A stretch of 64,000 bases of DNA from Malacoraja senta (GCA_038087875.1 CM075977.1:375100001-375164000), one strand, 5' to 3'. Positions 1 through 13,775 are shown, counted from the stretch's first letter. Translations and numbers: made by a program. The notes: generated from the letters alone by a model not told the origin.

Positions 1-857
1 GTGAGGGGTTTGATTTTTTCAGGTGGGAGGAGTTAGTGTCAAAGGCTAAAGGTAAAAAGGAGACAAAAGCATGTCAGGTAATGAGAGGAGAGGAGTAAAA
101 TGTAAATCCGGCGGAAAGGCACTGCAGGTTGGGAGAGACGGGGGATAAAAAAAAAAGAGGGGCTCAGGGGTGGGAGATGAATGCACAAAGGGGGAGGGGG
201 GGAGTGTAAGCCGACTGTAGGATTGGGGGGTAATGGGTGTGCAAGTGGATGGGGGGCACAAGTATGAGAGAGGGGGTGGGGGAATTTTACTTGAAATTAG
301 AGAATTCAATATTCCTATCATTCGGTTGTAAGCTACCTAAATGAAATACGAGTTGCATGGATAGTTTAAAAGGAGATTATGGAGCAATTTATTTTGACAC
401 ATCTGATCGTGTGCCCAGAACAGATTGCCAGGAGAGGTGGTGGAGGCAGATATGATAGAGGCATTTAAAAGACTTTTGGATAGACACATCAATATACAGG
501 GAATGGAGGAATATGGATTATGTCTAGACTGATTAAAAATTAGTCTTGGAATCATGTACAATACCTTTACCCTGTATCTGTACACTGTGGGAACCTCAAT
601 TGCAATCATGTATAGTCTTTCCACTGGCAGGTTAGCATGTAACAAAATATTTTCACTGTACCTCGGTGCACGTGATAATAAACTAAAGTAAACATTGTAG
701 GCCGAAGTGCTATAATGTTCTGTGTTCAATACTGTTCTACTAGTTTGTGCGTGGTGTCACACTGAAAATGGAGGAGGCCCACGACAGAAAGTCCAGCATG
801 GGAATGGGAATGGGAAGGAGAGTTAAAATGGTAGGTAACCAGGAGTAATCCAGCAGG
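1..857 (-). mobile_element. Penelope-like element 3' fragment (GIY-YIG endonuclease C-terminus plus 3' UTR), split by LINE tails at about 356-731
   Basis: Minus strand ~835-733 reads YHFNSPSHSHSHAGLSVVGLLHFQCDTTHKLVEQ. Positions 355-287 read QLVFHLGSLQPNDRNIEFSNFK*, matching the PLE GIY-YIG end motif (E-x2-LIFxLGSLxPxGxN). A pyrimidine-rich 3' UTR follows toward base 1. Confidence 0.8.
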
Positions 858-949
858 ATTTTTATATTGTCATATGAACCTTTTTTGACCACTAATGCCC
901 TTCAGAGCAGAAAGTGCTGGAAATATTCTAGAGTCACTTAGCTTCAGTA

Positions 950-1318
950 GCTTGGATCCTGACTATGGGTGCTTTTCTGTACAGAGTTTGTACATTCTCT
1001 CTGTGACCTGCGTCGGTTTTCTCAGAGATCTTCGGTTCCTCCCACACTTCAAAGATGTTCCAGAAGGAACTGAAGATGCTGGAAGGGTTTCGGCCCGGAA
1101 CGTTGCCTATTTCCTTCGCTCCATAGATGCTGCCGCACCCGTTGAGTTTCTCCAGCATTTTTGTCACACTTCAAAGACGTACAGGTTTGTAGGATAATTG
1201 GCTTGGGTTAAATGCAAAATTGTCCCTATTGTCCCTCGTGTGTGTAAGGTAGTGTTAATGTGCAGGGACTCGGTGGAGCCAAAGGGCCTGTTTCCGTGGT
1301 GTATCTCTAAATTAAACT
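950..1318 (+). mobile_element. HE1-like V-SINE (5' truncated), interrupted by a PLE unit at 1059-1164
   Basis: V-domain GAGTTTGTACATTCTC...CTGCGTCGGTTTT...TTCCTCCCACAC and CR1-type tail GGGCCTGTTTCCGTGGTGTATCTCTAAA. The insert is flanked by cacacttcaaagaYgt (1043-1058 / 1165-1180). Confidence 0.85.
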
Positions 1319-1810
1319 GGGATAAATGTTTTTTTCCCATTTCTGACAGTTAAAATTTGGTTCTGATGAAAGGTCATGGATCCAAAATGTTATTCCCATT
1401 TCTCTCCCCGCAGATGCTGCTTGACTTACCGATCATCTCCATCATTCCCAGTCCTCTACATAAGCCTGTTAAGGCTTTCAGTTCATGGGGAGCAGTAATG
1501 GATGGCTGATAACTGCTAGCATCCATGAATCCACACACAATCCATGAATATTCTAATTTAACATCATCCTCTCCACTTACCTACAATTTAAAAAAAATTG
1601 TGATACAAGTTGTTGCCTGAAGACTTTTTATTTTCTTACCCCACGGTGCTGGAAGTAAATGTCATGATCAATTATTGCGATAAGCGTTTGCATTGTAGAC
1701 TCTTTCTTGAAACCTGGTCTATGAGCCAGGCTGACATAAAAGGGAAGTAGTTTAGGTTCACGTTCACTATAAATATAACGCAAATCAATGGGCCAAGAAG
1801 TCACTTTCAC

Positions 1811-3000
1811 TTGATGCATTCTGGAGTCATAAAAGAACTGACTTCAGCAAAAGCAAACATATTGGCTTTGATTTTCCAAAATGCCCTATTGCTAATCAAG
1901 GTCTCAGTGAAATGGAAAACCACACGTGCAGTATCCTTATTCAAGAAAGGAGAGCGTCAGAAAACAGGAAATTACAGGTCCATTCCACTGCCGTACATTG
2001 ATGGAAAAATGCTGAGGGTAGTATTTAGAAAATCAAAACACAATTAAACAGTGGCGCAGCAGTAGAGTTGCTGCCTAACAGCGCAGAGACCCAAATTAGA
2101 ATCTGACTACAGTGCTGTCTGTATGGAGTTTGTTCGTTCTCCCTGTGACTGCGTGGGTTTTCGCCAAGTGCTCCAGTTTCCTCCCATATTCCAAAGGTGT
2201 ACAGGTTTATAAGTGAATTGTCTTCATGTAAAACTTGTAAATTGTCCCTAGTGTGCTAATGTACTGGGAGATTGCTGGTCGGCGCGGACACCGTGTGCTG
2301 AAGGGTCCATTTCCACACTGAATCTCAACACTGAACTAAACTAAACCAGAGCCAGCCTGGTTTATTAGAGGGAAATTGTTAAAGTCAATCAGATTGTTCG
2401 AGGATAGAGAAGTGCTAGAACACTAATTAAATGCATTCTTATTTTCAGAAGGCATTCAATTAAATGACACAGCCAACTACACTACAGTACTGGGGAAACA
2501 TGTTGGCTTGAATGGCAAATTGGTTAACTATCAACAAACAGAGGGTCAGGATAGATAGATAGCTTTCAGGTTGGCAAGCTGTCAATTGGGGTCCCACAGG
2601 ATTCATTGCTAGAACCACAAAAAATTACAATTTATTTTTGATTTTGATGAAGGCACCAATATACGGTTTCCAAATTCACTAATAATGCAAAAGCAGGTGG
2701 AAAAGCAAGTTTTGAGGAGCACACAAAGAGCCTGCAGTAAGACTGAGCAGGTGGGCAAATACTTGACAGATGGAGTGAAGAATGCAAGTTTGTCCACTTT
2801 TATGGGAAGCTTAAGAAAGCACAACATTGTCTGTATAGAAAGAGACTAGAGGCTGCTGGGTATAAAGAGATTTAGTTGCATTCAACACATAACATTGAAA
2901 ATCACTTGTGGCTATAACAAGTAATTAGGAAACCAAATGCAGTGTTGGTCTTTATTGCACATGGGTTCAAATATAACAGTTCGAAAGTCCTTTATTTCCC
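1811..3000 (+). mobile_element. Old CR1-clade LINE ORF2 (RT) remnant, interrupted by a V-SINE
   Basis: ORF 1811-2047 contains LFKKGERQKTGNYRSIPL. Degraded RT motifs lie downstream (GGGGTCCCACAGG = GVPQG). Confidence 0.75.
2048..2346 (+). mobile_element. HE1-like V-SINE, near full length
   Basis: tRNA-derived head GTGGCGCAGCAGTAGAGTTGCTGCC, V-domain, and a tail ending in (CTAAA)n. Confidence 0.85.
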
Positions 3001-4562
3001 TGAACAAAGGAGCTTTTATACTACAGTCACAATTATTATCATAGCATTATACCAATCAAAACTGCTATTCATGCCGTTTGCAAACAACAACCATGAAATT
3101 GCAACATTGTAAGCCGTTTCCTGGACCCAAATGAGAGCCCATCAACACCCATCATTCTCCGAAGGCTTACAAAGCACCCATGGACTCATTGTGCATCTTC
3201 TTCAGAGACACAAGGTGCAAACATAAGCCCGGAAGAAGGGCAAGCAGTTGACTTGGGCAGAACTCTCGACTGCCATCAGCCTAGACCCATGAATGGCCAC
3301 ATTTGCCAGGCTCAGGAACAAACCTACAAGGGGATGCCCCGACCAACCCAATTGAGGAGCAAAAAATCTGAGAAGAATCCCCATTATACACTCAAACAGG
3401 TGTGCTGCAACCTATCACACTCTGTACCTAATTCCTATTCCTTATGACCTTATGCCTTAAGTACGCGGACAGACTTAAAAATCTATTACACATCACTGCA
3501 CTGTGCAACCCTCTCCACCCCCTATCCCCGGTATAAAGAGGGAGGATTCCTGTATAGGGAGACCTTCAATAGCAAATTCTTGCTAACAAATGTACAGGAC
3601 TTGGTAAAACTGCACCTGCAGCTCCATGTCCTATTTTGGTCTCAATGTTTAAGGAATGATATACTTATCTTCAAAGCAGCACAGTGAAGGTCCAAAAAGA
3701 TGAAGTGATGCAACGAAATGGTTGAGCCAAGTTGAACTGGTTGGACCTATACTCTTTTGAGCCTGTAAAGCTGTTGCAAGTAAGAATCTTGTTGTTCCGG
3801 TTCACATCCAGTGCACATGACAAATAACACTCTCGACTTGATTCTTGAAGAGTGAGAGGTGAAAATGCTTTACTTCAATGGATCGCTGATAGCTCACCCT
3901 GGCAGGGTTCGTGAAGGTAAAAAAGTAAATTCTACTTTGCTCATTTGAGTGGAGCTTTTCACATCTGGAGTCCATTGTGGACGCCACTTGCATGGCAATG
4001 CTTCCATTGATCCTAACAGGCAGAAAGGACCTCCTTCCAGGCATGCATCTTGCTGATTGGAATACCAGGCTAATTTCATCGAGTCAGAGAAAGTGTGGAA
4101 GTTAGTCTTTTGGCCCACCATGAGAAATGTGAGCAGTTGCATTTTGATAAGTCTAAAGTTGGCAGGGCCTACGTAGTGAATAGTAGGGTTCTGGGAGTGG
4201 TGTAGAGCAGAGCAATCTTGGAGTTCAGGTGCATGGTTCCTTGAAGGTGGAGTCGCAGGTAGATAAGACTTTTGGCCTTCATCAGTCACAGTATTGAGTA
4301 TAGAAGTTGAGTAAGCTGGGAGGATGAGGTGCGATCTTATTTTGGTGTATAAAATCATGAGGACCAGAGGACACAGGTTTAAGGTGAAGTGGGAAAGATG
4401 TAATAGGAATCTGAGGGGGTAATGTTTTCACACAAAGAAATACAAATATTTTACACATATTTTTGGTCCATTTCATTTCACAACTATTTTTTTTGACGGA
4501 GGTGCAATTAGGCACAGGTTCAGTAAACCTAAAGCGGATGAAATTGAATTGTCAGGCCGTTG

Positions 4563-4965
4563 TGTGTAAGACGGAACTGCAGATGCTGGTTTAAACTGAA
4601 GATAGACACAAAAAGCTGGAGTAACTCAGCGGGACAGGCAACATCAATGGAGAGAAGGAATGTCATTGTATTTAATAAGGACCATTGTTGGTTGTTCACA
4701 TTGCACAAAATGGATTCTGGCTGTGAGAAGGTGCACTGATTAGATTGATGAGGGTGTGGGGGAACGGCTGTGAGCGGGGGGGGGGGGGACGACAGAGGAG
4801 GAGCCAGTGGGAGTACTTTGTATAGGAAGGAACTGCAGATGCTGGTTTATATCAATGATAAACACAAAATTCTGGAGTAACTCAGTGGGACAGGCAGCCG
4901 AGAGAGAAGGAATGGGTGACATTTCGGTTCGCTGCATAAGGGTCTCGACCCGAAACGTCACTGAA
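4563..4965 (-). mobile_element. Two PLE-derived short units
   Basis: Each contains GGAACTGCAGATGCTGG...CTGGAGTAACTCAG. The second includes an inverted AAGGGTCTCGACCCGAAACGTCAC. Confidence 0.7.
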
Positions 4966-6640
4966 ACCTTCTGCAGGGGTACTTTGTAACTTTGTCGGCC
5001 CTTTATGTGGCGACCATTTGCATACCTTGGATATGCAAGCAAAGAATTTCACTATGCCTTGTCACATGTGACAATAAAGTATTCCATTCCATTCCTGATT
5101 CATAACGTCATAAGGTCATAAGTGGTAGGAGTAGAACTAGGCCATTCAGCCCATCAAGTCTACTCAAGTTCAATCACGGGTAATCTATTTCTCCCTCCTA
5201 ACCCCATTCTCATGCCTTCTCCCCATAACCTCTGACACCCGTACTAATCAAGAACCTGAATTCACACTTTGCCCAATGCCTGATTAGCTGCCTGACATAG
5301 GAAAGTTGATGTTAGCCATGTAAATCTCCTGCTGCAAAGAAGAATCATTTAAAACTTAGTACTAATCATATGGTATTCTTTTTATTTGGCTGCCTCCAAG
5401 AGATGAGAACCCAAAAAAGTGGGACATGTCAAGCCAGAATATAGACCACATAAACTTTCATGTCGTCTTTGCGCTGTGCACAAGGTAACCTCTTCATTAA
5501 GGATTTTGATTCATTTGGTGGTGTTGAATGTTGCGAAGTGCACAATTTCCTGCTGCTGTAATCGCAACCTGCTAATTTATCAGAGTTGACAGTAGTTTGA
5601 ATTTAAATGATTGTACACAGACATTGAAGCACAGTCTATATTTGCAGCTTCTTCGGTTGATGTGTAACATTTGCTGCGAAGAGTACATCTTTCTTCAAGA
5701 GGTTTAAAAAACTTGGCCTTTGTTTGCTTCAAAGAATAGCGTCTCTATTATTTGCCCAGGGGCATTATCGAGGTCCACTGGCAGATGACCTCTCAAGTGC
5801 TCGACTCTTTGTCCCAATCAGTCCTTTATTCTTCTTCCCTCTGCTGAAAATGGTGCAATCTGCTATCCCCCCCCCTGCCCCGCCCCCCGCCCGAGCTAGA
5901 GCTTGATGGGAGGCCAGTGGCCTCACACACAAAAAAAAATCCATTGGCAGTGTATGCAGAGCATGTCCATCTTCCAATTATCACAAGAGAGACTCTGCAT
6001 AAATTATTTGATAGTGTTATTAAAGCTGTCAGGAATAAATTGCTCCCTTTTGCTACAGCTGTCAAGAGGCTGAGATGTGCTTTGACACGCTGCGACGTTC
6101 AAAGACGGACAGAGAACCTCTCCCTCCTGCCAGGGCGTTGCCACAATGACTTCCAGACAGGCTTTTTGGAACTGATGTTATAAAAGAGCTGGAGGTATCA
6201 CACACACACACCCCGCCTGCACACTGTGAAGTGTGGCAAGCCGGGGTCTGTTACCATCCATGTACACGCACACAAAGAAAGTTGTGGCAGCACTTAAGAA
6301 AGGGTTATAGTCATCTTTGAGCTGTCCAGCTGTAAAAACCTGTTACTGTTCCTTTGTCCTTGTTCACAAACAGAGCACGTAAAACAGAACAGACATTTAA
6401 AAATCTTAAAACGTGCCTTCAGAGCTGATTGATATTTTAATTAAAAGGCTGGGACATGTTTACACTTGAATATAATGGAAGGATTGAACAAATTTAGCTC
6501 CAAAGATTTCTTAGAAGGAATGAACCTACATTCAAGCACTGCTAATGAAATGGTTTTCTAGTCCCAATGAACTATTGCATTGAGATAAAGGAACTGTTTC
6601 TCCAGTCACCAGGTTTTAACAATGGTATAGTTATCCCTAA

Positions 6641-7118
6641 AGGGCCTGTCCCGCGAGCATGCGATTGCATGCGGCAAGCGCGACCTAACGTGGTCGCTTG
6701 AGCCGGTCCCACTTCGATCGCCGGAGCCGCATGGAGTTGTGCGGAGCTGGTCCCGACATCGCGCGGAGCTCCAAAAAACTGACACTGTTCAAAAATTCCG
6801 CGCGCCAACGGCCTGCCGGCCCGCAGCCGCCTTGATGCCGTACCCACCGCCTCGACGGGTGTGCGCAGCGTCTCGACTCCGTACGCAGCGTCTTGACGCC
6901 GTACGTCACGCACGTACTTCCCGCGGACTTCGCTCAAACTTCACATCAAGCACTCGACCTCCGCGTGGCCCCCGCTTCCGGTTTGGTCGCGCTCGCCACA
7001 TGCAGTCGCATGCTGGTGGGACCGGCCCTGTACAGGGATCACTCGACCTCCGCGCGGCCCCCGCTTCGGGTTTGGTCGCGCTTGCCGCATGCAATCGCAT
7101 GCTCGTGGGACAGGCCCT
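6641..7118. mobile_element. PIF/Harbinger-type MITE with a duplicated right terminus
   Basis: TSD TAA (6638-6640 / 7119-7121). TIR of about 45 bp starting AGGGCCTGTCCCRCGAGCATGCGATTGCATGCGGCAAGCGCGACC. A 79-bp direct repeat lies at 6951-7029 / 7040-7118. Confidence 0.9.
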
Positions 7119-7946
7119 TAAGGCAGCACCTGCAGACATTTTATTTGCTTCCGTTACTCTCGCTGCTTGGAAAGGTGTCCGCCACAAAGGCTGGACCACT
7201 CCACACCCTGAGAAGGAAACCGGAGCATCTGCCTTGACAAGGCTATCAGGAAAGAGTTAAAGAGACCAACCTCGAGTATGCTAAACTTGCAATGAATTTG
7301 TCTTTGTGTTTTCACTGTTTTCAGTTATAGCCATCTATACTCAGATATCTCACAAAATTAACAATGATCTATGAACACAAATGTTCACCAGCAGCAAAGT
7401 AGGATTTTATAATTGCAAAATCCTAAAATGTTCTCCATTATAGACCAATTCTAAAACATTGTCAACTGAATATCTGTACTGAGATTAATATGACACGTGT
7501 AGGTTTTAATCTGAAAGAACCATCTTATTACTGAGAGAATTGGAGATATTTCTTTGTACATTGGTTCCCAGGTTTCAGAGATATTTTAATCATCAACCTG
7601 CTCAGACAATAGGTGGACAGAAAATATCTAAATCAACATCAAAATAAAAAGATGGAATTAAATTCCTCACACTTATAGAGACACATAGAATTAATAATAA
7701 TGTGCATTTATATGCAATTTAAAAAAAATGTATGAGATAACCTTAACCTTGTTAACCTAGTACAATAAATGCTTCTTAGCAAAAACAAAAAACTCTCAGG
7801 TTCTCAGGGCCGTTTTTTCGTTTTTGTTCTTTGCTTTTGATGCAAACATGTACTGTACCATTTTACAAATGTGACAACGTGAGTGGAGAAAAAGAATTGG
7901 TTAATTGCATTGTGGATTTGAATTCCAAGTGATCAGTCTGAATTGC

Positions 7947-8358
7947 TTCAAAGTTTTCAAAGGTTTCAAAGCTCTTTTATTCTCACATGTACCAATTAAG
8001 GTACAGTGATAAGCGAATTACCATACAGCCATACTAAAAAAAAGCAACAAGACACACAACTACATAAAAGTTAACATAAATATCCACCACAGCAGATTCC
8101 CCACATTCCTCACTGATGGAAGGCAATAAAATCCCATCTTCTTCCTCTTTATTCTCCCGCGGTCGGAGCAGTCGAACCATCCATTGGGGGGGATCGGAGC
8201 TCCCACCGCCGGCGGTTGAAGCCCTCCCGTCGAAGCTCCCGCGGATTGGAGCTCCCGAAGTCGGTCTCTAACTAGATGCCGCGAGCACCACAATCTTAAA
8301 GTCCGCAGGCCCCTACGGTTGGAGCTCCAAGGTCGATCTCTGCCAAAGGAATTGTGTG
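7947..8358 (-). mobile_element. CpG-rich non-autonomous retroposon with a Rex1-type 3' tail (5' truncated)
   Basis: Minus-strand tail TCACTGTACCTTAATTGGTACATGTGAGAATAAA plus short repeats. Shares the core CCACCACAGC...CACTG..GGAAGGCA with copies at 9661, 32792 and 62555. Confidence 0.65.
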
Positions 8359-8429
8359 CTCACTGTAATATATTGCAGTCTTTCTTCTCCTTCTTCTTAG
8401 GTTCTCCCTCAAGATAGAGGGTGATTTTA

Positions 8430-8850
8430 CATAGAACATTACAGCACATGAATGTTCTTTGCCCTACAATGTCTGTGCCAAACATGGTCAAACTAACCTC
8501 CTCTGCCTGTACTTGATCTATATCCCTCCAGTCCCTGATATCTGTGTGCACGTCTAAACGCATCTTAAATGCCAGTATCAGACCTGCCCCCACCACCATC
8601 CCAGGCAGCAAATTTCCAGGTCTCACCACCATTTGTGTAAAATATTTGCCGTCAACATCCCCTTCAAATTTCCTCCTATGCCCTCTAGTCCTTGATATTT
8701 CCACCCATGGAAAAAGCTTTGACTGCCTCCCCTGTCCATGCCTCTCATAATTGTATGTACTTCTATCAGGTCCCCACTCAATGTTCACTGCTCCAGGAAA
8801 AAACTCTCCAAGTTTGTCCGACCTCTCCTTGTAGCTACTCCATGCCGACT
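8430..8850 (-). mobile_element. CR1-clade LINE 3' end (old)
   Basis: Minus-strand translation includes SRTRGHRRK...YFTQMVV..NLLPGMVV, the CR1 ORF2 C-terminus. Confidence 0.8.
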
Positions 8851-9329
8851 GGTGACCAATGGCACTGTCCTACATACTGGGGACAATTTGCCGTTTTGCC
8901 GAGGCCAATTGGCCTGCAGACCTGTGCATCTTTGGAGTGTGGGGGAAAGCTGGAACACCCGGAGAAAACCCACGCAGGTCACGGGGAAAACATTCTACTG
9001 ACTGGATCGCACGTGACAAAAGCTTTTCACTATACTTCGGTACACGTGACAATGAACTAAAAATGAAACTACTTTCCAAACCATATAACCATATAACCAT
9101 TCTTGGTTCCAAACATGACATCAAATAAGCTCTGAACAATAACAGTCTATTATTATTATTGAACTATATCTGTTTATTTATTGTGTATATATGGTCTATA
9201 GACACACTGAACTTTTATCTTCTGTTCTGTGTTATGTTTACATATTCTGTTGTGCTGCAGCAAGTAAGAATTTCATTGTCCTATGTGGGACACATGACAA
9301 TACAACTCTCCTGACTCTCGACTCTTTTC

Positions 9330-10350
9330 ATTTTGTCCAGTTCTGTGTATTCTGAGGTGATGGATGAGAGCAATGGGTGAACCATAAACTCTGCAGAGAT
9401 GGGACAGGATATCCTTGCTGGCGTGAGCATATTGATAATATGCAAGGTGGTTCACTCCCCCCCCCAACGTATGGTCTCAAGGTTTAAGTACCATTCCAAA
9501 GGCTTTTGGAGGTGGTCTTGGAGGGGAGGATGCTCCTCAAACTGCAGAGCATCTTAGACTATACAGCTCAATCCCTCCCATGACACACCAGTTAACCCGA
9601 GAAATACCTTCAGCAACAGACTGGTTCCACCAAGATGCAGCACAGAATGCCACAGGAGATCCAATCAATCAATCAATCAATCAATCAGATTTATTCATCA
9701 CATACAGAATAATGTGCAGTGAAATGAACTTGCCAGCAGCGGTACAATCAAAAAAGAACACACAATACACAATTAAAATGTAACACAATCATCCACCACA
9801 GCATTCTTCACTGTGGTGGAAGGCACAAAGGTACAGTCAGTCCTCCTCCGTTGTTCCCCCATGGTCGGGGCCATAAACCTCCGCAGTCGCTGCTGCGGTC
9901 GGCCAGATGTACAGGCCCTCTCGTCTGAAAGGTAAGTCCCGAATCGGTGCTTCCCTATTAGGATGACGTAGGCCGCAGGCCGGCGGTCGGAGCTCTTCTC
10001 CAGGGATTCCCAGCGACGGATCCCGCTCCGGATGGTAAGTAAGTCCGTAATTCCCCGCCGCACCCACGGCTAGAAGCTCCGCAGTCTGCGGCTTCAAGAT
10101 GTTGTAGGCCGCGAGCCGGCGGGTCGGAGCTTCTTCCCTGTGGCTAACAAACTGTACAACTCCTCCCCCTTCTGTCATGGGGTAGACTGACTCCCCTCCC
10201 CCTCCGCCCCCCCATCTTTGCACATCCCCAATCCTTTCCACTCATCACTTTAATTTCGTGTTTCATGTATCTTGTGTTTTATGACTGTTGGCAGATTAAT
10301 TTCCTTCCTGGGGTAAAGAAAGTTCTATCATAATATCGTATCGTATCGTA
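9330..10350 (+). mobile_element. Rex1/Babar-type LINE 3' end, interrupted at 9661-10130
   Basis: Reads ...TFSNRLVPPRCSTECHRRS, then after the insert FFPVANKLYNS, and ends in a (TATCG)n tail. The same 3' end occurs inverted at about 50336-50565. Confidence 0.7.
9661..10130 (-). mobile_element. CpG-rich non-autonomous retroposon with a (TTGA)n tail
   Basis: (CAAT)n at 9662-9685, then the shared core CATCCACCACAGCATTCTTCACTGTGGTGGAAGGCAC and a GC-rich body. Confidence 0.7.
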
Positions 10351-11776
10351 TTTTCACCGCATTGAATGGCCATGAGCCAGAGACTCCCCAGGAGTCACTA
10401 GGCGATTTTGCTGTTTTCACAAAGCCTTTGAACACACACGTGTCATTTCCTTTGTGCACTTGGAAATGACCATGTCATAACTACTCATTGGAGGGTCTTT
10501 GGATCAGTTTCAGGCCTCCACTTGGCAGGGCACTGATAAGATCAACATACTTCACTATCTGCAAGAAGTAAATATTAGTACAAGGTATACATTGGTGAAT
10601 CTGTGAACGTATTCCCATAAATGGGTACCCAGACAATTTGCAATACAACTGGCTACCAGCCCCAATATTAAATTTGACATGTCATAAGAGGATAACCAGT
10701 ACTTGCAATATTACTTGGGTAAGAAATCTAGTTAAATTCAATCACAACCTGCAACATTTACCTCCAAGAAGGGCAGAGGCAGCAAACAATGATAATTCCC
10801 CTCCAAGTTACACAGAATATACTACATTGACATTTGTTCAACATCGATAAGTTTCAATCCTATGGGATTGCCATCAAGAAGATGCCATCTTCAAGGGTAC
10901 TTCGGAATGGGTGACCCTACAGCAATAATACACATCCTGACAAATGAATAAAGATAGCTAAAAGCCTAATAACTTTAAGGGTTAATAGAGTACCTGAACA
11001 GAAAATTAACTGTAAAACAGGTTGTCAGAGCTTTTCGGTGAACTACAGGATCAATGGCAGAGTTTAGGCCAAAGTTGCAGGCATGGTGAGAAGTCAATTG
11101 CCTTGAAGTGGCTTCCTCCAACACTGGCAGCATCTCTCTGGTTTAAAGAAAACTTTGATAGTTCTAGTAACAGTAGAAAAATGCAAGTAGGGTAGATGCA
11201 AGAAGTTGAATAACTGAGAGTAGCTTGGTGAGCAGGGGTAGAACAATGCAGGATAAGTTGTTTGTAACAACCTCTGACAAGTAAAACATCATAACTACCT
11301 GAAATGACACAAAGTATTGAAGTACTGTAACCCGATGGATTAGGATGCATCTCTGGACCCAAAACGTCAGCTATCCATGTTCTCCAGAGATGCTGCCAGA
11401 CCCGCTGAGTTACTCCAGCACTTTGTGTCCTTTTGTATCAATCGGCACCTGGCGTTCCTTGTTTCTACATAACTGCTCCACTGTGAAAGAGCAGGGACAG
11501 TCCCTTGTTGACAGTGAGACATTTGTGATGAATAAGTGGCAAATAGTTTACCAACTTATTTAATAGACAATAGACAATAGATGCAGGAGTATTAATTTAA
11601 AGTACTAATTTCCTCATCTCCGTGGTAAATGGCTTACCCCTTATTCTTAAACTGTGGCCCCTGGTTCTGGACTCCCCCAACATCGGGAACATGTTTCCTG
11701 TCTGTCCAATCCCTTAATAATCTTATATGTTTTAATCTCATCCTTCTAAATTCCAGAGTATACAAGCCCAGCCGCT

Positions 11777-11859
11777 TGTGAAACATGTTCATTTGCTCCA
11801 ATGATGTGAAACATGTTCATTTGCTCCAATGATGTGAAACATGTTCATTTGCTCCAATG
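11777..11859. repeat. Tandem repeat, 28 bp x3 (TGTGAAACATGTTCATTTGCTCCAATGA)
   Basis: Three essentially identical units abut the truncated end of a CR1 fragment (about 11565-11776). Confidence 0.95.
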
Positions 11860-13775
11860 GAGAAAGCCAAATCTTTTTTTTTCGTAATTACTTTTTTTTC
11901 CAATATCCTCTCTTCTACAGTACATTGCAACCACTGGTGGAGTGGAGTTTCTGATATTGTTCATGCAAAATCCTCAAATCCTAACCTCAGCCCCAACCAT
12001 TGAGATTACCAGCAACTTTGTGATGGGCTCAGTTTTATGATCTCCCAAGTAACCAGAGCAGTCTCTGTTGGATGCTCCAGGATCAGATCAATTATGGTAA
12101 TTTGCTTTTTCCAGCCTGAATTACACTGGGGATGAACTAAATCAGGTCGGAAATGGCAACATGTGGAAAAGAAAGATTGCACATGGAATTTAATCCTTTG
12201 CAGTTTACTTTATGTAAGATTTTTTGCAAATGGTGCCAGGTTCTTTGGAAACACAGGTCATGTTGCAGGCGTGAAGCTTTAGAGGAAGAATTTGGGGATT
12301 TTCTTTTAAAAGATTTTTTTTGTAATGAAATCCCGTCCGCAAAAATGTGGAATATTAATGCCAATGCTTCCTTCTTTAGATATATCACTTCTATCCAGAG
12401 ATGCTGCCTGTTCAGCATTTTGTGTCTATATTAGGGTAAATATAGACCTTCCTACAACCTTCCTTATTTAGAAGCAGTCGCAATTTAATGGAAAAAAACA
12501 ACCAAGGCACTTCTTCCTGGAAGGCTGCGGTGGTATTTGAGAGGAGACTTCAGTGAGATTGAGATCTTAAGCTAACAAGTTTGTGCATGCTTGCGATCAA
12601 GGTTTGCATGTAAAAAATAATGACACAATGAACTGCATCAGACTGAAGAAGGGTCCAAACCGGAAACATCACCTGCCCAGTCCCTCCACAGATGCTGCCT
12701 GACCTGCTGCGTCCCTCCCACTCTGAGTTTCATGTAAAAGAAAAACTAGCTACTGGTTAAAATTCCAGAGGCTGGCAATGACTGAACACGCACAACAAAC
12801 TTTCTGGAGAGAACGTGGAAGAAGGCAAAGATAACGTTTGGAAAATGGAAAAGGAATAAAGAACCCAGGAGATAACTGGGATTTTCCATGGAAGAGGCAG
12901 AAATGGAATGGCAATTATTTCCTTAAATTTAACTGCAACTATTCACTTTGACATATTAATACTTCATCCCCTCATGCACACCACTTGGAACAGAATTGCA
13001 GTTTGCCTCAGGCATAGTTACTTCTTCCTTTGCCCATGTTCGAGACCAGGTAGAGTCCTTGAGGAAGACAGAATAATAGACGTTTAGCTTCCCCGATGAT
13101 AAAAATTGATTAAAATTTAATAATTAATGTTCCAGAACAATGTCATTAAAGCAAAAAAAAGATATTTTTTATATCCAACATAAATTCTTTAAATTTTCAG
13201 TTAGCGTTCTGAAAATTGCATCATCCACTGCAAAACAAGAGGAGTGGAATATCAACCAACGTTAAATGCAGAAGCCAAACCATGAAATAGCCACATTCAT
13301 GTGCCTACACGATGGAATCCAAGAGCTCCAAGAAAATTCCAGTCTTAATTGTCGAAATTCTACACGAGGGCTTACACCAATACATGTACTCAAGTAAACG
13401 AGTAAAAATAATACAAGTACATTGTCACTAACTCCATGGCAGCTGTTTTGCCAAAGACAAATGAACTTTGGGAATAAATGCACGGAATCTGTAACTAGCT
13501 TCAGAACCAATACTGTATGAAATTAATTTTTTGACAGTCTTAGCACTTCCCCAAATGTCATCTCTGTAAGGTGAGATACTCAGCCTGCTAACAGTCTTGA
13601 TCACAGACATAATTGTGTGCAAACAGATGGCCCCAGTCAGCGAATTTGGTCGTTGCACAGCACAGACTGGAACAGCATGACCTTTTTTTCTTTCCAATTT
13701 TCTCTTCTCCAGCTCCTGAAGGCATTGAATCCTGCTGGGGTAGGGTTTTGCAAGTGCCGCAGACTACGAGCTCAC

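Noticed and set aside
6572-7260. Overlapping 100-170 aa ORFs on both strands
   Set aside because: They lie in a GC-rich MITE with few stop codons and show no protein-like signature.
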